Below, in pieces: positions 1 to 10,171 of a DNA stretch of 64,000 bases. The notes below the pieces were generated by a model. That model did not search any database, was not told the DNA's origin, and saw nothing but the letters and a program-made list of their open reading frames with translations. The DNA comes from Candidatus Doudnabacteria bacterium (GTDB taxonomy: Bacteria > Patescibacteriota > Doudnabacteria > UBA920 > O2-02-FULL-48-8), in assembly GCA_039931165.1 (NCBI GenBank), contig JBDTSL010000004.1:21028-85027 (forward strand), read 5' to 3'. Made by a program: the position numbers and the translations under genes. Numbering within the stretch: position 1 is the first letter of the stretch; the number at the start of each line of letters is the position of its first letter.

Positions 1-58
1 CAAACTTTTTGAAAAAAAGCAAAAATCTGTTAGAATTAGAAAGAATTAACGAATAGAA

Positions 59-655
59 ATGATACTTTCCGATAAAGACATAAAAAAAGCCCTATCAAGC
101 GGTCGGATCAAAATTACCCCGGCTCCTGACCTGAAAACCCAACTCGGTTCCTGCTCCGTCGATATGCATTTAGGCAATAAATTCCGAGTTTTTAAGCATT
201 CCAGTTACGCGTATATAGATCTTAAAGGCCCGGTTGATACGGATAAACTGATGAAAGAGATCGAGGTGCCGGACGGGGAGCCGTTTATTATGCAGCCAGG
301 GGATTTCGCTTTGGCCACGACTTCGGAAAATCTTGATCTGGCTGATGACCTTCTCGGCCGCATAGAGGGTCGAAGTTCTCTCGGACGTCTTGGTATCATA
401 GTCCACGGCACCGCTTCTATTTTTGACCCGGGCTGGATCGGCACTCCGACCATGGAACTGGGAAACCTCGGTGTCATGCCGGTAGCGCTTTATCCGGGAA
501 TGAGGATTTGCGCGTTTACTTTTGAAGAAGTCTCAAGCCCGGTTGAGGTTCCTTATAGACTGAAGAAAAATAATAAATATGCGGGCCAAAAAAGCCCGCT
601 GGCTTCGAAATTATCGGTTGAAGTCAGAAAGGAGCAAAAAAACCATGAAGGATAA
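59..655 (+). CDS. dcd: dCTP deaminase
   Basis: MILSD start, SVDMHLG, EGRSSLGRLG, FDPGWIG-TMEL, PGMRICAFTF and KYAGQ motifs of the trimeric dCTP deaminase family. Confidence 0.95.
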   Translation: MILSDKDIKKALSSGRIKITPAPDLKTQLGSCSVDMHLGNKFRVFKHSSYAYIDLKGPVDTDKLMKEIEVPDGEPFIMQPGDFALATTSENLDLADDLLGRIEGRSSLGRLGIIVHGTASIFDPGWIGTPTMELGNLGVMPVALYPGMRICAFTFEEVSSPVEVPYRLKKNNKYAGQKSPLASKLSVEVRKEQKNHEG

Positions 656-1334
656 TTGGCACGATCCCGGATTTGCCTCGGATTGGGATAAGGATACCGA
701 AAGAGGCAATCCCGCCCGACTGATCCATCTAGAGCTGATCAAAAGAATAGTTATCGATAATTACAGACCCGAAAATACGATTTTGGACATTGGGGCCGGC
801 TCCGGACAAGTGGAGGCTTTGATCATGGAAGTATTGCCGCAAGCGAATATTGTGGCGGTGGATTCATCGGAAGTGATGAGCGTTTTGGCAAAACGGAGAT
901 TGGAAAATTATTTGGAAACCGTTAAATTCATAAAACACGATCTGAATCAAATAAACAAGCTGGTTTTACCGAAACATGATTATAAGATTGCTATTGCTTG
1001 CCAGGTATTGCACGAAGTGCCGGATAAAAAGAAAATAATCGAATATATTTTCAAAAAATTAAGCCATGGCGGGATATTCCTTTTAGCAGACAGGTTGAAG
1101 GTAGATTTGGATAAACTGGAGCCGATCTATAAAACCGTCTTTGACTGGAACGAGCACAAAGCTAAACTGAAATGGGAAAAAAGTTTTGAATTTTATCAGG
1201 AAAAAATCGCAACGAAAGACGACTTTGCTGTAACTTTGGACGAAAACCTCGGCATCTTAAGTGCAGCTGGTTTTGAAGCCGCCTGCATTCATTTGCAGCT
1301 CGACAGAGTATTGATCGGAGGAGTAAAAAAATAA
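645..1334 (+). CDS. Class I SAM-dependent methyltransferase
   Basis: ILDIGAGSG motif I, VAVDSS motif II, LSHGGIFLLAD; start moved to ATG 645, which overlaps the end of dcd. Confidence 0.85.
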   Translation: MKDNWHDPGFASDWDKDTERGNPARLIHLELIKRIVIDNYRPENTILDIGAGSGQVEALIMEVLPQANIVAVDSSEVMSVLAKRRLENYLETVKFIKHDLNQINKLVLPKHDYKIAIACQVLHEVPDKKKIIEYIFKKLSHGGIFLLADRLKVDLDKLEPIYKTVFDWNEHKAKLKWEKSFEFYQEKIATKDDFAVTLDENLGILSAAGFEAACIHLQLDRVLIGGVKK

Positions 1335-2020
1335 TGGCCAAGGGTAAATTTATAGTTATTGACGGCACCGACGGGTCAGGCAAGACCACCCAAACCAAAA
1401 TTTTGATCAACCGCCTGCAAAAAATCGGCCATAAGGTCCACTTTGAAGACTTCCCCCAGTACGGCAAAAAGTCAGCCGGGCCGGTGGAAGATTACTTGAA
1501 CGGCGAATACGGCTCGGCGAAAAAATTAGGCGCATATATTCCATCGGTGTTTTTCGCGGTCGACCGGTTCACAGCGGCAAACCGCATAAGAACCCATTTG
1601 GCGCACGGAGACGTCGTGGTCTCCAACCGATACGTCACGGCCAATATGGCCCATCAGGGAGGAAAAATTGCCAATATCAGGCAGAGGGAAAAATTTTTTA
1701 AATGGCTGGCCGAATTTGAATATATATTTTTTAAGATTCCGAAGCCGGATCTGGAAATTATTCTGCATTTGCCGCCGAAAATTTCCGTCCAGCTTGTCAA
1801 ACAGCGCGGGCCACAGCACTACATCGGCTCAAAACATCTTGACCTTCATGAAAAAGATATAAATCACATGGTGCACGCCGAAAAAGTTTATCTGCATATC
1901 GCAAAAAAATTTCATTATAAATTGGTGGAAGGTTTCGTCGATGGCCGGCTGCTCACGCCCGAGGAAGTCAGCGATAAGATTTTTCCGATAGTAAAGAAAT
2001 ACCTCAATGGCAAATTATGA
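1334..2020 (+). CDS. tmk: Thymidylate kinase
   Basis: FIVIDGTDGSGKTTQ P-loop, DFPQY, NRYVTANMAHQG, PKPDL; lies in a dTMP operon. Confidence 0.92.
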   Translation: MAKGKFIVIDGTDGSGKTTQTKILINRLQKIGHKVHFEDFPQYGKKSAGPVEDYLNGEYGSAKKLGAYIPSVFFAVDRFTAANRIRTHLAHGDVVVSNRYVTANMAHQGGKIANIRQREKFFKWLAEFEYIFFKIPKPDLEIILHLPPKISVQLVKQRGPQHYIGSKHLDLHEKDINHMVHAEKVYLHIAKKFHYKLVEGFVDGRLLTPEEVSDKIFPIVKKYLNGKL

Positions 2021-2651
2021 AATAGAAATTAAAAGCCTTATCGGGGACAAGCGAAAAGCCGACGAGCTGGTGTCAAAAATGAAGTTAGCCGACCCGGGTT
2101 TAGTTTCGGTCGGAAAACACAAGCAGATGAATCATTACTTTGTTGGCGGGAATTTGGCCAAGTTAAAAGTTAGGCTGAACCTAGAACTGCCATTTCAAAA
2201 TCCAAAGGATGCTTCTGTGCGGACCCGCTGGGCAGACGGCCGGGTTATTCTTGTGATTAAGGCTACCGTTGACGACACTACATCGAGCAATGGCACCGCT
2301 AGGCAGGAGTTTGAGAAAGTAATGAATTTAACTTTAGAACAGTTAGACAAAGCCCTGCTGGATTGCGGTTTTGAATACCAAGCCAAATGGTCGCGCGAAC
2401 GCGAGGAATACCAATATAAAAATATGAACGTCAGCATAGATAAAAACGCCGGCTATGGATATTTAGTGGAATTCGAATCAGTTATTACCGATTTAAAGAT
2501 GGCGGAACAGACCAAAACTGACATTCGAGACAGAATGAAAGAATTAGCTGTCGAAGAATTGCCTCAAGATCGTTTGGAGCGCATGTTTGACTACTATAAC
2601 AAACACTGGCAGGATTACTACGGGACTGAAAAGGTTTTTAATATCGCGTAA
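2007..2651 (+). CDS. CYTH-domain protein (class IV adenylate cyclase/triphosphatase fold)
   Basis: N-terminal YEIEIK (ExExK), VRTR, REREEY, GYLVEFE. Confidence 0.8.
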   Translation: MANYEIEIKSLIGDKRKADELVSKMKLADPGLVSVGKHKQMNHYFVGGNLAKLKVRLNLELPFQNPKDASVRTRWADGRVILVIKATVDDTTSSNGTARQEFEKVMNLTLEQLDKALLDCGFEYQAKWSREREEYQYKNMNVSIDKNAGYGYLVEFESVITDLKMAEQTKTDIRDRMKELAVEELPQDRLERMFDYYNKHWQDYYGTEKVFNIA

Positions 2652-2681
2652 TTACGTAATTAAATATGTAATTCAAGCCGG

Positions 2682-3677
2682 ATGGAAATAAAACACCCAG
2701 AATATCAATACCTTGATTTGCTCAAGGACATAATAGCTAACGGCTCTGATAAGCCGATCTTTTTTACGCCGGAGATCATCCAGCAGTACAAAGACAAGGG
2801 CGAACAGCCGCCGATCCTTCGTTCCGTTTTTGGCAGGCAAATGAGATTTAATCTGTCTGAAGGTTTTCCGCTTCTGACCACAAAAAAAGTTTTTACCCGC
2901 GGCTTGATCCACGAATTGCTTTGGTTCTTATCAGGAAGCTCGAACATTAAATATCTGGTCGACAATAATGTCCATATTTGGGACGATTGGGCCTGGAAAA
3001 GATATCACAAACTGGCGTTGGCCGGAGCGCATCCGGACATGAGACAGGATGAATTTATTACCAAGCTGAAAAGCGAGCCCAAGGAAGGCGAATTTGTAAA
3101 AAAATGGGGAGACCTGATCACGATTTACGGCAGGATGTGGCGCAAATGGCCGGCCTCGGACGGAAGAGAGATAGACCAGCTGGGCTGGGTCATCGAAGGT
3201 TTGAAATCCAAGCCATATCGCAAATCGTATGTGGTTTCGGCTTGGAACCCTGATTTTATTTATGCCATGGCATCGAAGGGCAACGCGAACGAGGTGCCTC
3301 CGTTCTGCCACACGACTTTTCAATTCGCGGTCGTCAATAATAAATTAAATCTTGGCTTGTACCAACGAAGCGGGGATTCGTTTCTAGGCGTGCCGTTCAA
3401 TATTGCCAGCTACTCACTTCTGCTACTCATGGTCTCTCAAGTGACCGGTATTGAGCCGGGAGAATTTGTGCATTTTTTTGGCGATGTCCATATTTATTCA
3501 AACCACTTTGATGCGGTAAAGACGCAATTGGCGCGCGAACCGAAAGCCTGGCCCAGGATGAAACTAAATCCCGAAAGAAAAAATATCGATGATTTTAAAT
3601 TTGAAGATTTCACTTTGGAAAATTACGACCCGCATCCCGCCATTAAAGCCGACATTGCGAATATCGGAGGATTCTAA
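2682..3677 (+). CDS. thyA: Thymidylate synthase
   Basis: EYQYLDLL, FPLLTTKK, ELLWFLSG, PPFCH catalytic Cys, YQRSGDSFLGVPFNIASY, GDVHIY. Confidence 0.97.
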   Translation: MEIKHPEYQYLDLLKDIIANGSDKPIFFTPEIIQQYKDKGEQPPILRSVFGRQMRFNLSEGFPLLTTKKVFTRGLIHELLWFLSGSSNIKYLVDNNVHIWDDWAWKRYHKLALAGAHPDMRQDEFITKLKSEPKEGEFVKKWGDLITIYGRMWRKWPASDGREIDQLGWVIEGLKSKPYRKSYVVSAWNPDFIYAMASKGNANEVPPFCHTTFQFAVVNNKLNLGLYQRSGDSFLGVPFNIASYSLLLLMVSQVTGIEPGEFVHFFGDVHIYSNHFDAVKTQLAREPKAWPRMKLNPERKNIDDFKFEDFTLENYDPHPAIKADIANIGGF

Positions 3678-4162
3678 TGACAATCTCTTTCGTTGCGGCA
3701 GTATCGGAAAACGGGGTCATCGGCAGCCATAATGCAATACCGTGGCTCATTCCTGAAGACCTCAAACATTTTAAAAAGATAACCATGGGCCATGTTTGCC
3801 TTATGGGCAAGCATACTTTTGACTCCATAATGAGTTCCCTGAAAAAGCCTTTGCCCGGAAGAACTAATGTGGTCATTACCCGACAAACTGATGTTATTTT
3901 TCCTGAAGGAGTAATAACTTACCATGATCTGGATGATGCGCTCAAAAATATCAAAACCGACGAACTTATGGTTATCGGCGGTGGACAGATCTACCAACAG
4001 CTGTATGATAAGGGTATGGTAGATAAACTCTATATGACCCATGTGCATAAACATATCGATGGTGATGTCATGTTTCCCAAAGTTGATTGGTCAAACTGGA
4101 ACGAAGTTTCACGCGAAGACCGCAAAGAATTTTCATTTGTAATCTATGAACGGAAGCAGTAA
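3677..4162 (+). CDS. folA: Dihydrofolate reductase
   Basis: NGVIG-IPW-IPEDLKHFK, LPGRTNVVITR, IGGGQIY, DGDVMFP; translationally coupled to thyA. Confidence 0.95.
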   Translation: MTISFVAAVSENGVIGSHNAIPWLIPEDLKHFKKITMGHVCLMGKHTFDSIMSSLKKPLPGRTNVVITRQTDVIFPEGVITYHDLDDALKNIKTDELMVIGGGQIYQQLYDKGMVDKLYMTHVHKHIDGDVMFPKVDWSNWNEVSREDRKEFSFVIYERKQ

Positions 4163-4382
4163 CATCATATTTTTAAGTATTTTTGCAGCGGTTGTCTTAC
4201 TGTGCTTGCTTTATTTTGGACTTGAATTATTTCATATGAAGAATAAGCAGATAGAAAACTTGACTGGTATCAATCCATTCAATCCGACGGGAAAGTCCAA
4301 ATACATTATAATTGCTTGCTTTGTTCTAATGATTTTAGTATTAGCAGTCACTATCACTATTCTCTCAATACGAACTAGATGA
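4146..4382 (+). CDS. Small hypothetical membrane protein (2 TM)
   Basis: Two hydrophobic segments; overlaps both neighbours within the operon. Confidence 0.55.
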   Translation: MNGSSNIIFLSIFAAVVLLCLLYFGLELFHMKNKQIENLTGINPFNPTGKSKYIIIACFVLMILVLAVTITILSIRTR

Positions 4383-4966
4383 CAAATCGTGATATAGATT
4401 TTTTATACGAAATTGGTTCATTAAGAAATGTGCCGCGGGGTTGGCGGCAGCATCTGGGTTTTGATGTGGCGTCCGACCTTGAACATACTTATCGCCTGAT
4501 CTGGCTGGCTTTGATAATTTCCCGCATGGAAAAGAAAGGCGACGAGAACACGATCATAAAAATGGCCCTGGTCCATGATGTCGCCGAGACCAGGACATCT
4601 GACTTAAGCTATGTCCAAAAAGTTTACGTTAAAGCGGACGAGCATAAAGCCGCTGTTGACATGTTTGCCGGCACGATAGTCGAAAGTTTTCGGCAGATCA
4701 TCGAAGATTATGAAAAAAGGGATTCGATAGAATCAAAGATCGTGAAGGACGCGGATAACCTCGATATTGATCTGGAACTCAAAGAGATCGAAGAACTGGG
4801 ATCAAAACTCCCGTTGAAGTGGGCATCGAACAGGAAATTCGTCCGCGAGCAAAAATTATATACGGAATCTGCCAAGAGACTTTGGGACGAAATTCAAACA
4901 AGCGACCCTAATTCCTGGCATATGAAAATGAATAAATGGCTGACTGACCCTAACGCTGGAAAGTGA
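4379..4966 (+). CDS. HD-domain phosphohydrolase (YfbR/HDDC2-like 5'-deoxynucleotidase)
   Basis: R-GW, EHTYR, ALVHDVAE, VKDADNLD motifs. Confidence 0.85.
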   Translation: MTNRDIDFLYEIGSLRNVPRGWRQHLGFDVASDLEHTYRLIWLALIISRMEKKGDENTIIKMALVHDVAETRTSDLSYVQKVYVKADEHKAAVDMFAGTIVESFRQIIEDYEKRDSIESKIVKDADNLDIDLELKEIEELGSKLPLKWASNRKFVREQKLYTESAKRLWDEIQTSDPNSWHMKMNKWLTDPNAGK

Positions 4967-5655
4967 TGAAAATTAAATTAGTTGCTTTTGATTGGAACGG
5001 AACGATTTTGGATGATATGCTCGGAGGTGTGATTGCAGAATCAGCAACTCGAGTACATTTTGGATTTAAGGAAACCAGTTTAGAGGAAATCCAAGAGCAT
5101 TTTGAAATACCAATAAAGAAATATTGGATCAATACTGGTCTATCTTCTGAATTTTTTGATACTCATTCGGCCGAAATAGATAAAATATTCATGCAGAACT
5201 ATGAACCAGAAGAAGCACGATCTGGGTTAAGATCAGGATCCAAAGAGATATTGGATTGGTTGAAAGGCGAAAAAATAGATTCAATTATATTCAGCAATCA
5301 TATCGTCCCGCACATTGTGAGACAAACGAAAAGATTGGGAATTAGGAATTACTTCAAAGAAATACTCGCCCGAGGAGCCTTAGGTGATCTGGTTCATCAC
5401 GAAAAAACTTTTAAAGATGAGTTGTTGAAACAGTACGTCGAAGCAGGTTTTTTTGCGCCGCACCAGGTTCTGGTGGTTGGTGATACGATTGAAGAAATAG
5501 AAATTAGTAAAAAATTCGGTTATACTTCAGTTGCCTTTACTGGCGGCTGGCAAAGTACCGCGAGATTAAAATCTGCAAACCCGGATTTTTTGATAAACAG
5601 TTTAGTTGATTTAAGATCAATAATCACCCGTCTTTCCGAGCAGGCCAGTGATTGA
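4963..5655 (+). CDS. HAD-superfamily phosphatase
   Basis: FDWNGTILD motif I, FSNH motif II, VVGDT motif IV. Confidence 0.85.
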   Translation: MMKIKLVAFDWNGTILDDMLGGVIAESATRVHFGFKETSLEEIQEHFEIPIKKYWINTGLSSEFFDTHSAEIDKIFMQNYEPEEARSGLRSGSKEILDWLKGEKIDSIIFSNHIVPHIVRQTKRLGIRNYFKEILARGALGDLVHHEKTFKDELLKQYVEAGFFAPHQVLVVGDTIEEIEISKKFGYTSVAFTGGWQSTARLKSANPDFLINSLVDLRSIITRLSEQASD

Positions 5656-5745
5656 GAATTTATTATGCTGGCCGACGAAGCAATCTCTTCCATAGGTGAG
5701 ATTGCTTCGGCCGATGAAACCAGGAAAGATCGGCCTCGCAAAGAC
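5630..5745. repeat. Cloverleaf palindromic REP-like element
   Basis: Outer stem gtctttccgag/ctcgcaaagac; inner stems ggccag/ctggcc, cgaagcaatctc/gagattgcttcg, ggccgat/atcggcc; 17 bp identical to 60574-60590. Confidence 0.75.
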
Positions 5746-5755
5746 AAGATATTTT

Positions 5756-6851
5756 ATGGAAGAACTCCTAAGACAAATTAAAACACTCAAAGACCAGGCT
5801 CATGATCTTAAGGAGCATCTTTGACCTGCCTCAAAAGAAACAAAAAATCCTAGAGATAGAAGAGGCGATGTCGGATCCGGTTTTTTGGTCCGACCAAAAT
5901 TCGGCCAAAGCCAAAGCCAAGCAGCTTTCGGACCTGAAAAAACATGTTGAAGGCTGGTTTAAGTTTGAGCAAGAACTACACGATTTAGAGGGTCTCACGG
6001 CAGAAGCGGCACTTGAGTCGGACAAGGTTTTGGAGTCTGAATTAAAGGCCAAATTTAAGCTCCTGGAGGCTCAATATGGGCAACTTAGCCTCACAACCTT
6101 CCTATCCGCGAAATACGACGACCATGACGCCATCTTATCGGTCCACGCGGGCGCCGGCGGGGTGGATGCCCAGGATTGGGCGGAAATGCTTTTGCGGATG
6201 TTTTTGCGTTTCGCGGAAAAAAATAATTTCAAAGCCAATGTCATAGACGAAAGCCGGGGAGGCGAAGCCGGGATCAAAAGCGTTGTCGTGGAAATTTCAG
6301 GACCATATGCTTATGGGTATTTTAAAAGCGAAGCCGGGGTGCACCGGCTGGTAAGGCAGTCGCCGTTCAATTCCACGCATACGCGCGAAACGTCATTTGC
6401 GCTGGTTGAGGTTTTACCGGCCATTGAGCAAGATGAGTTTAAACTGAATATGGATGAGATAGAAATAGAGGCCAAAACTTCCCGAGGGCATGGCGGACAG
6501 TCGGTGAACACAACCTATTCGGCTATCAGAGCCACTCATAGACCAACAGGACTTACCGTCACCATTCAAAACGAACGTTCGCAAACGCAAAACAAAGAAC
6601 AAGCGCTGAAAATTTTGACCAGCAAACTTGCTCAATTGGAGGAACAGCGCCAGCAGGAGGAAAAGCTGAAGATCCGAGGGGAATTCCATAGCGCCGAATG
6701 GGGCAATCAGATCCGTTCATACGTTTTGCATCCGTATAAGCTGGTCAAAGACCACCGGACGAATTACGAAACATCAGATGCGCAATCCGTGCTCGAAGGA
6801 AATCTGGATGAATTCGTGAAGCAATATCTGGAAAAAAACCGGATGAAGTAG
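5756..6851 (+). CDS. prfB: Peptide chain release factor 2 (programmed +1 frameshift)
   Basis: ATG 5756 reads MEELLRQIKTLKDQAHDLKEHL, then AAGGAG-CAT-CTT-TGA-C (5810-5825); the +1 frame carries SPF, GGQ and WGNQIRSY. Confidence 0.96.
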
Positions 6852-6875
6852 ACCGGTATGGTATAATGCTTATAC

Positions 6876-7553
6876 ATGATCAAATTCGACCAGGTAACAA
6901 AAACATACAACAAAGTCACAGCGATCAAGGATCTGACTTTGGAGATCCATAAAGGTGAGTTCATTTCGCTGGTTGGGCAGTCGGGCGCCGGCAAATCAAC
7001 TTTGATCTCAATGATCATCGGGGAAGAGCGGCCGGACTCGGGCCGGATATTGATCGACGACATAGACGTTTCCCAGATCCGCCGTACCGATATCCCGTAC
7101 CTGCGCCGCAAGATCGGGGTTGTTTTTCAGGATATCAAATTGCTGCCCAGGCGCACCGCCTTTGAAAATGTCGCGTTCGCGCTTGAGGTATCGGGCGAAA
7201 GCCACGCTCATATAAAAAAAGAAGTGCCGAAGATTTTGGAATTGGTCGGACTGGCAGACAAGACCAAAGCTTTCCCAAACGAAATGTCCGGAGGAGAGAA
7301 GCAACGAGTGGCGATCGCCAGAGCTCTTTCACATAATCCCGTTCTGCTCCTGGCTGACGAGCCTACCGGAAATCTGGATTCTATCAACGGTTGGGATATT
7401 ATTCAGTTGCTGCTGAAGATCAATAAAGCCGGAACCACAGTAATTCTGGCCACTCATGCTAAAGACATGGTCAATAGCGTGAAGAAACGCGTCATCACCA
7501 TAGAAAAAGGCCAAATTGTCTATGACCAAGAAAAGGGAAAATATGTATTATAA
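6876..7553 (+). CDS. ftsE: Cell division ABC ATPase FtsE
   Basis: [36 protein letters not shown]; adjacent to ftsX. Confidence 0.93.
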   Translation: MIKFDQVTKTYNKVTAIKDLTLEIHKGEFISLVGQSGAGKSTLISMIIGEERPDSGRILIDDIDVSQIRRTDIPYLRRKIGVVFQDIKLLPRRTAFENVAFALEVSGESHAHIKKEVPKILELVGLADKTKAFPNEMSGGEKQRVAIARALSHNPVLLLADEPTGNLDSINGWDIIQLLLKINKAGTTVILATHAKDMVNSVKKRVITIEKGQIVYDQEKGKYVL

Positions 7554-7632
7554 GTATAAAGGGACAAATATAAAGTATAATGGGATGTTTGCCCGCCCTG
7601 TTCCCTTAATACTTTATACTTAATACTATTTA
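7547..7632. repeat. Inverted heptamer arrays (AAGTATA/TATACTT-type)
   Basis: taagtata..aaagtata on the left and taatact ttatact taatact on the right. Confidence 0.6.
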
Positions 7633-7633
7633 T

Positions 7634-8551
7634 ATGAGCTCTACTAACGCCAAAAGACTGATTGGTTCCGGATTCACCAATTTTTTCCGGAACATCTGGA
7701 TCTCGATCGCCGCCACATCCATGGTTGCCATCACTTTGTTCATTATTTCCACTATCCTAGTTTTTTATACGCTCACGGTTTTGGCGGTCCAAAATTCCAC
7801 GGACAAGGTTGGAGTAGTAACTGCTTATTTCAAGGACACTGCCACTGACAAGGAGATCGAAAGCACGCGCGCCGATATCCTGTCTTTGCCCGGAGTAAAG
7901 TCCGTGGATTACACTTCTAAAGCTCATGCCGAGGAATTATTCAAGCAGCGGCACGCGAACGAGCCGGCATTACTTGAAACTCTTACCGAATTCAGCGCTA
8001 CCGACGGCCCGATCCCGGCTTCGGTCGCTGTGCGGGCGGACAACCTTTCGGATTATCCGCATATTTACTCGACGCTGACCTCGGACAGGTACTCCGCCTT
8101 CTTCCAGACTGTCCGGGATAATCAAAAAATCATCGACAAGCTTCACCGTATTATTATTTTTATTACGAGATTTGGATTGATACTTGCCGGTATTTTCATC
8201 ATTGTCACTATCATGGTGACGTTTAATACCATCAGATTGACGATTTACAATAGGCGCGAGGAAGTGGAGATCATGCGCCTTGTGGGTGCCACTAACTGGT
8301 ACATCCGCTGGCCTTTTCTGATTGAAGGCATCATGTACGCGCTGTTCGCGACCACATTCGTCACTATCATGGTTTTGATCTTGCTCTATATGCTTTCCGG
8401 CAAGATCGAACAATTTCTGTCGATCGCGGCCCTGGGAACTACCTTATTCCAGGCAATCTTCTGGAAAATTTTGGCGGTAAACCTGGTCGCCAGCATCGTA
8501 CTGTGCGTCATCGCCTCCAGTATTGCTATGCGCAAGTATCTGCGAATTTAA
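7634..8551 (+). CDS. ftsX: Cell division permease FtsX
   Basis: NFFRN N-terminus, 4 TM segments, NTIRLTIYNRREEVEIMRLVGATNWYIRWPFLIEG. Confidence 0.93.
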   Translation: MSSTNAKRLIGSGFTNFFRNIWISIAATSMVAITLFIISTILVFYTLTVLAVQNSTDKVGVVTAYFKDTATDKEIESTRADILSLPGVKSVDYTSKAHAEELFKQRHANEPALLETLTEFSATDGPIPASVAVRADNLSDYPHIYSTLTSDRYSAFFQTVRDNQKIIDKLHRIIIFITRFGLILAGIFIIVTIMVTFNTIRLTIYNRREEVEIMRLVGATNWYIRWPFLIEGIMYALFATTFVTIMVLILLYMLSGKIEQFLSIAALGTTLFQAIFWKILAVNLVASIVLCVIASSIAMRKYLRI

Positions 8552-8636
8552 ATTCGCAGATACTTGTATATAGTATTCAGTATTCAGAGGTGAGTATCAT
8601 CCCTTTATACTTTATACTAAATACTGTATACTTTTT
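8533..8636. repeat. Perfect 34-bp palindrome followed by heptamer arrays
   Basis: caagtatctgcgaattt|aaattcgcagatacttg (8533-8566); agtattc x2, then ttatact ttatact aaatact gtatact. Confidence 0.75.
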
Positions 8637-8638
8637 CT

Positions 8639-9082
8639 ATGAAAGTGATTCTAACTAAGGATGTTTCGGGGCTGGGACGGGCTGGCGATGTCAAAGAAGT
8701 TTCTGACGGACATGCCAGAAATTTTTTGTTGCCGAAACATCTGGTTCTGCCGGCCACTATTTCAGCTTTGGGGAGGGTTCAAAAAGAAGAATCGGAACGC
8801 CAAGACAAAGTAAAAAAGCATGAAGAAAAATTACTTGCCGCCAAAAGCAAACTGGAAAACAAAACGTTCATCGTAAAAGGCAAGGCCGAAAAACAGCACT
8901 TGTTTGCGGCAATTCACGAAAACCAGATTGTCGCCGCCATCAACGAAAAGCTGAATTTGGACATTGAGTCTAACCAAATAGTGCTCGAGAAACCAATTAA
9001 AAGTCTTGGTTTGCATGAATTTCATGTCCGTCTTGGCGAAAAACAATTGATTAAGGTAAAATTGGATGTTGAAGCGGTGTAG
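8639..9082 (+). CDS. rplI: 50S ribosomal protein L9
   Basis: MKVILTKDVSGLGRAGDVKEVSDGHARNFLLP and PIKSLG. Confidence 0.95.
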   Translation: MKVILTKDVSGLGRAGDVKEVSDGHARNFLLPKHLVLPATISALGRVQKEESERQDKVKKHEEKLLAAKSKLENKTFIVKGKAEKQHLFAAIHENQIVAAINEKLNLDIESNQIVLEKPIKSLGLHEFHVRLGEKQLIKVKLDVEAV

Positions 9083-9086
9083 TTAA

Positions 9087-9596
9087 ATGTTAAAACAAAT
9101 AGAGAAAAATTGGGGATTTACGCTTATCGAACTTTTGGTGGTCATCGCAATCATCGGACTTTTGGCTGCCGTGGTATTAGTCTCCTTAAATAGCGCCAGA
9201 GTCAAAGCCAGGGATGCCAGAAGAAAGGCAGATATCAAGCAGATGATGACAGCCTTGGAGCTTTATTATAATGACAATGGCGTATATCCGTTTTCAAACG
9301 GGTGGGCGTATAGCAACGACAGTACTTGGACAACTTTACAAACAGCCTTAGCCGCATATACAACAAAACTGCCTCATGATCCAATAGAAACAAACGGGCT
9401 TCCCTTTAATAACGACTATAGTTATGGGTTTTTTAATGAGGGGTACGGCTGCCAGCAACAATGGTTCATGATTGTATACCGTTTGGAAGTTGCAGACGGT
9501 CCTGACCCTGGAGTAATCACCTGCGATGGATTTTTATTTCAATACGGCGGCAGCGGCAGTTCCACCACAATGAAAACCGTAGGCCATGCTCGTTAA
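9087..9596 (+). CDS. Type IV pilin/pseudopilin 1
   Basis: Class III signal G|[26 protein letters not shown]-terminal Cys pair. Confidence 0.9.
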   Translation: MLKQIEKNWGFTLIELLVVIAIIGLLAAVVLVSLNSARVKARDARRKADIKQMMTALELYYNDNGVYPFSNGWAYSNDSTWTTLQTALAAYTTKLPHDPIETNGLPFNNDYSYGFFNEGYGCQQQWFMIVYRLEVADGPDPGVITCDGFLFQYGGSGSSTTMKTVGHAR

Positions 9597-9600
9597 GAAA

Positions 9601-10104
9601 ATGTCGAAACTAAAAATAACGATCTTAGGATTTACGCTTATCGAGCTTTTAGTGGTCATTGCAATCATCGGACTTCTTGCCTCTGTGGTTTTGGTGGCGA
9701 TGAACTCGGCCCGTGCAAAATCTAGAGACGCCAAAAGACGCGCTGATCTTGATCAGCTTGCGACAGCTCTCGCTGTCTACTATGATGCTAATAATTCGTA
9801 TCCAATAACAGGAGGGTATTGGGGAAATTGTTCAGGCTTTGGAAGCCATGATATAACCGGAGCCAACGGCTGGATTCCCAATCTGGCTCCGACTTACATT
9901 TCTCAGTTGCCACTTGATCCGAAACCTAACGGCATCTATGGTTGTTATCTCTATATCTCACCGGATGGTAAAGAATATAAAATTATGGCGTATGCCACAG
10001 TAGAAGGCCCATGTGTTCTGCCGACGGACCCATTATATAACCCTTCTGATGGATCCTGTAATGTGTTTGCAAGATATACACCAGGAGCAGCAGTTGCTTA
10101 TTAA
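9601..10104 (+). CDS. Type IV pilin/pseudopilin 2
   Basis: G|[25 protein letters not shown], four Cys; start at 9586 or 9601. Confidence 0.9.
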   Translation: MSKLKITILGFTLIELLVVIAIIGLLASVVLVAMNSARAKSRDAKRRADLDQLATALAVYYDANNSYPITGGYWGNCSGFGSHDITGANGWIPNLAPTYISQLPLDPKPNGIYGCYLYISPDGKEYKIMAYATVEGPCVLPTDPLYNPSDGSCNVFARYTPGAAVAY

Positions 10105-10171
10105 AAAATTACAATTAAAACGGACTTTAATTAGCAAATATTTAAAAAATCATTTATATTAGTAATATATT

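Noticed and set aside
2647-2674. cgtaatta repeats before thyA
   Set aside because: Only two perfect copies in AT-rich DNA, too weak to call.
5802-5824. ORF-track start for prfB, or a pseudogene interpretation
   Set aside because: Explained by the canonical programmed frameshift.
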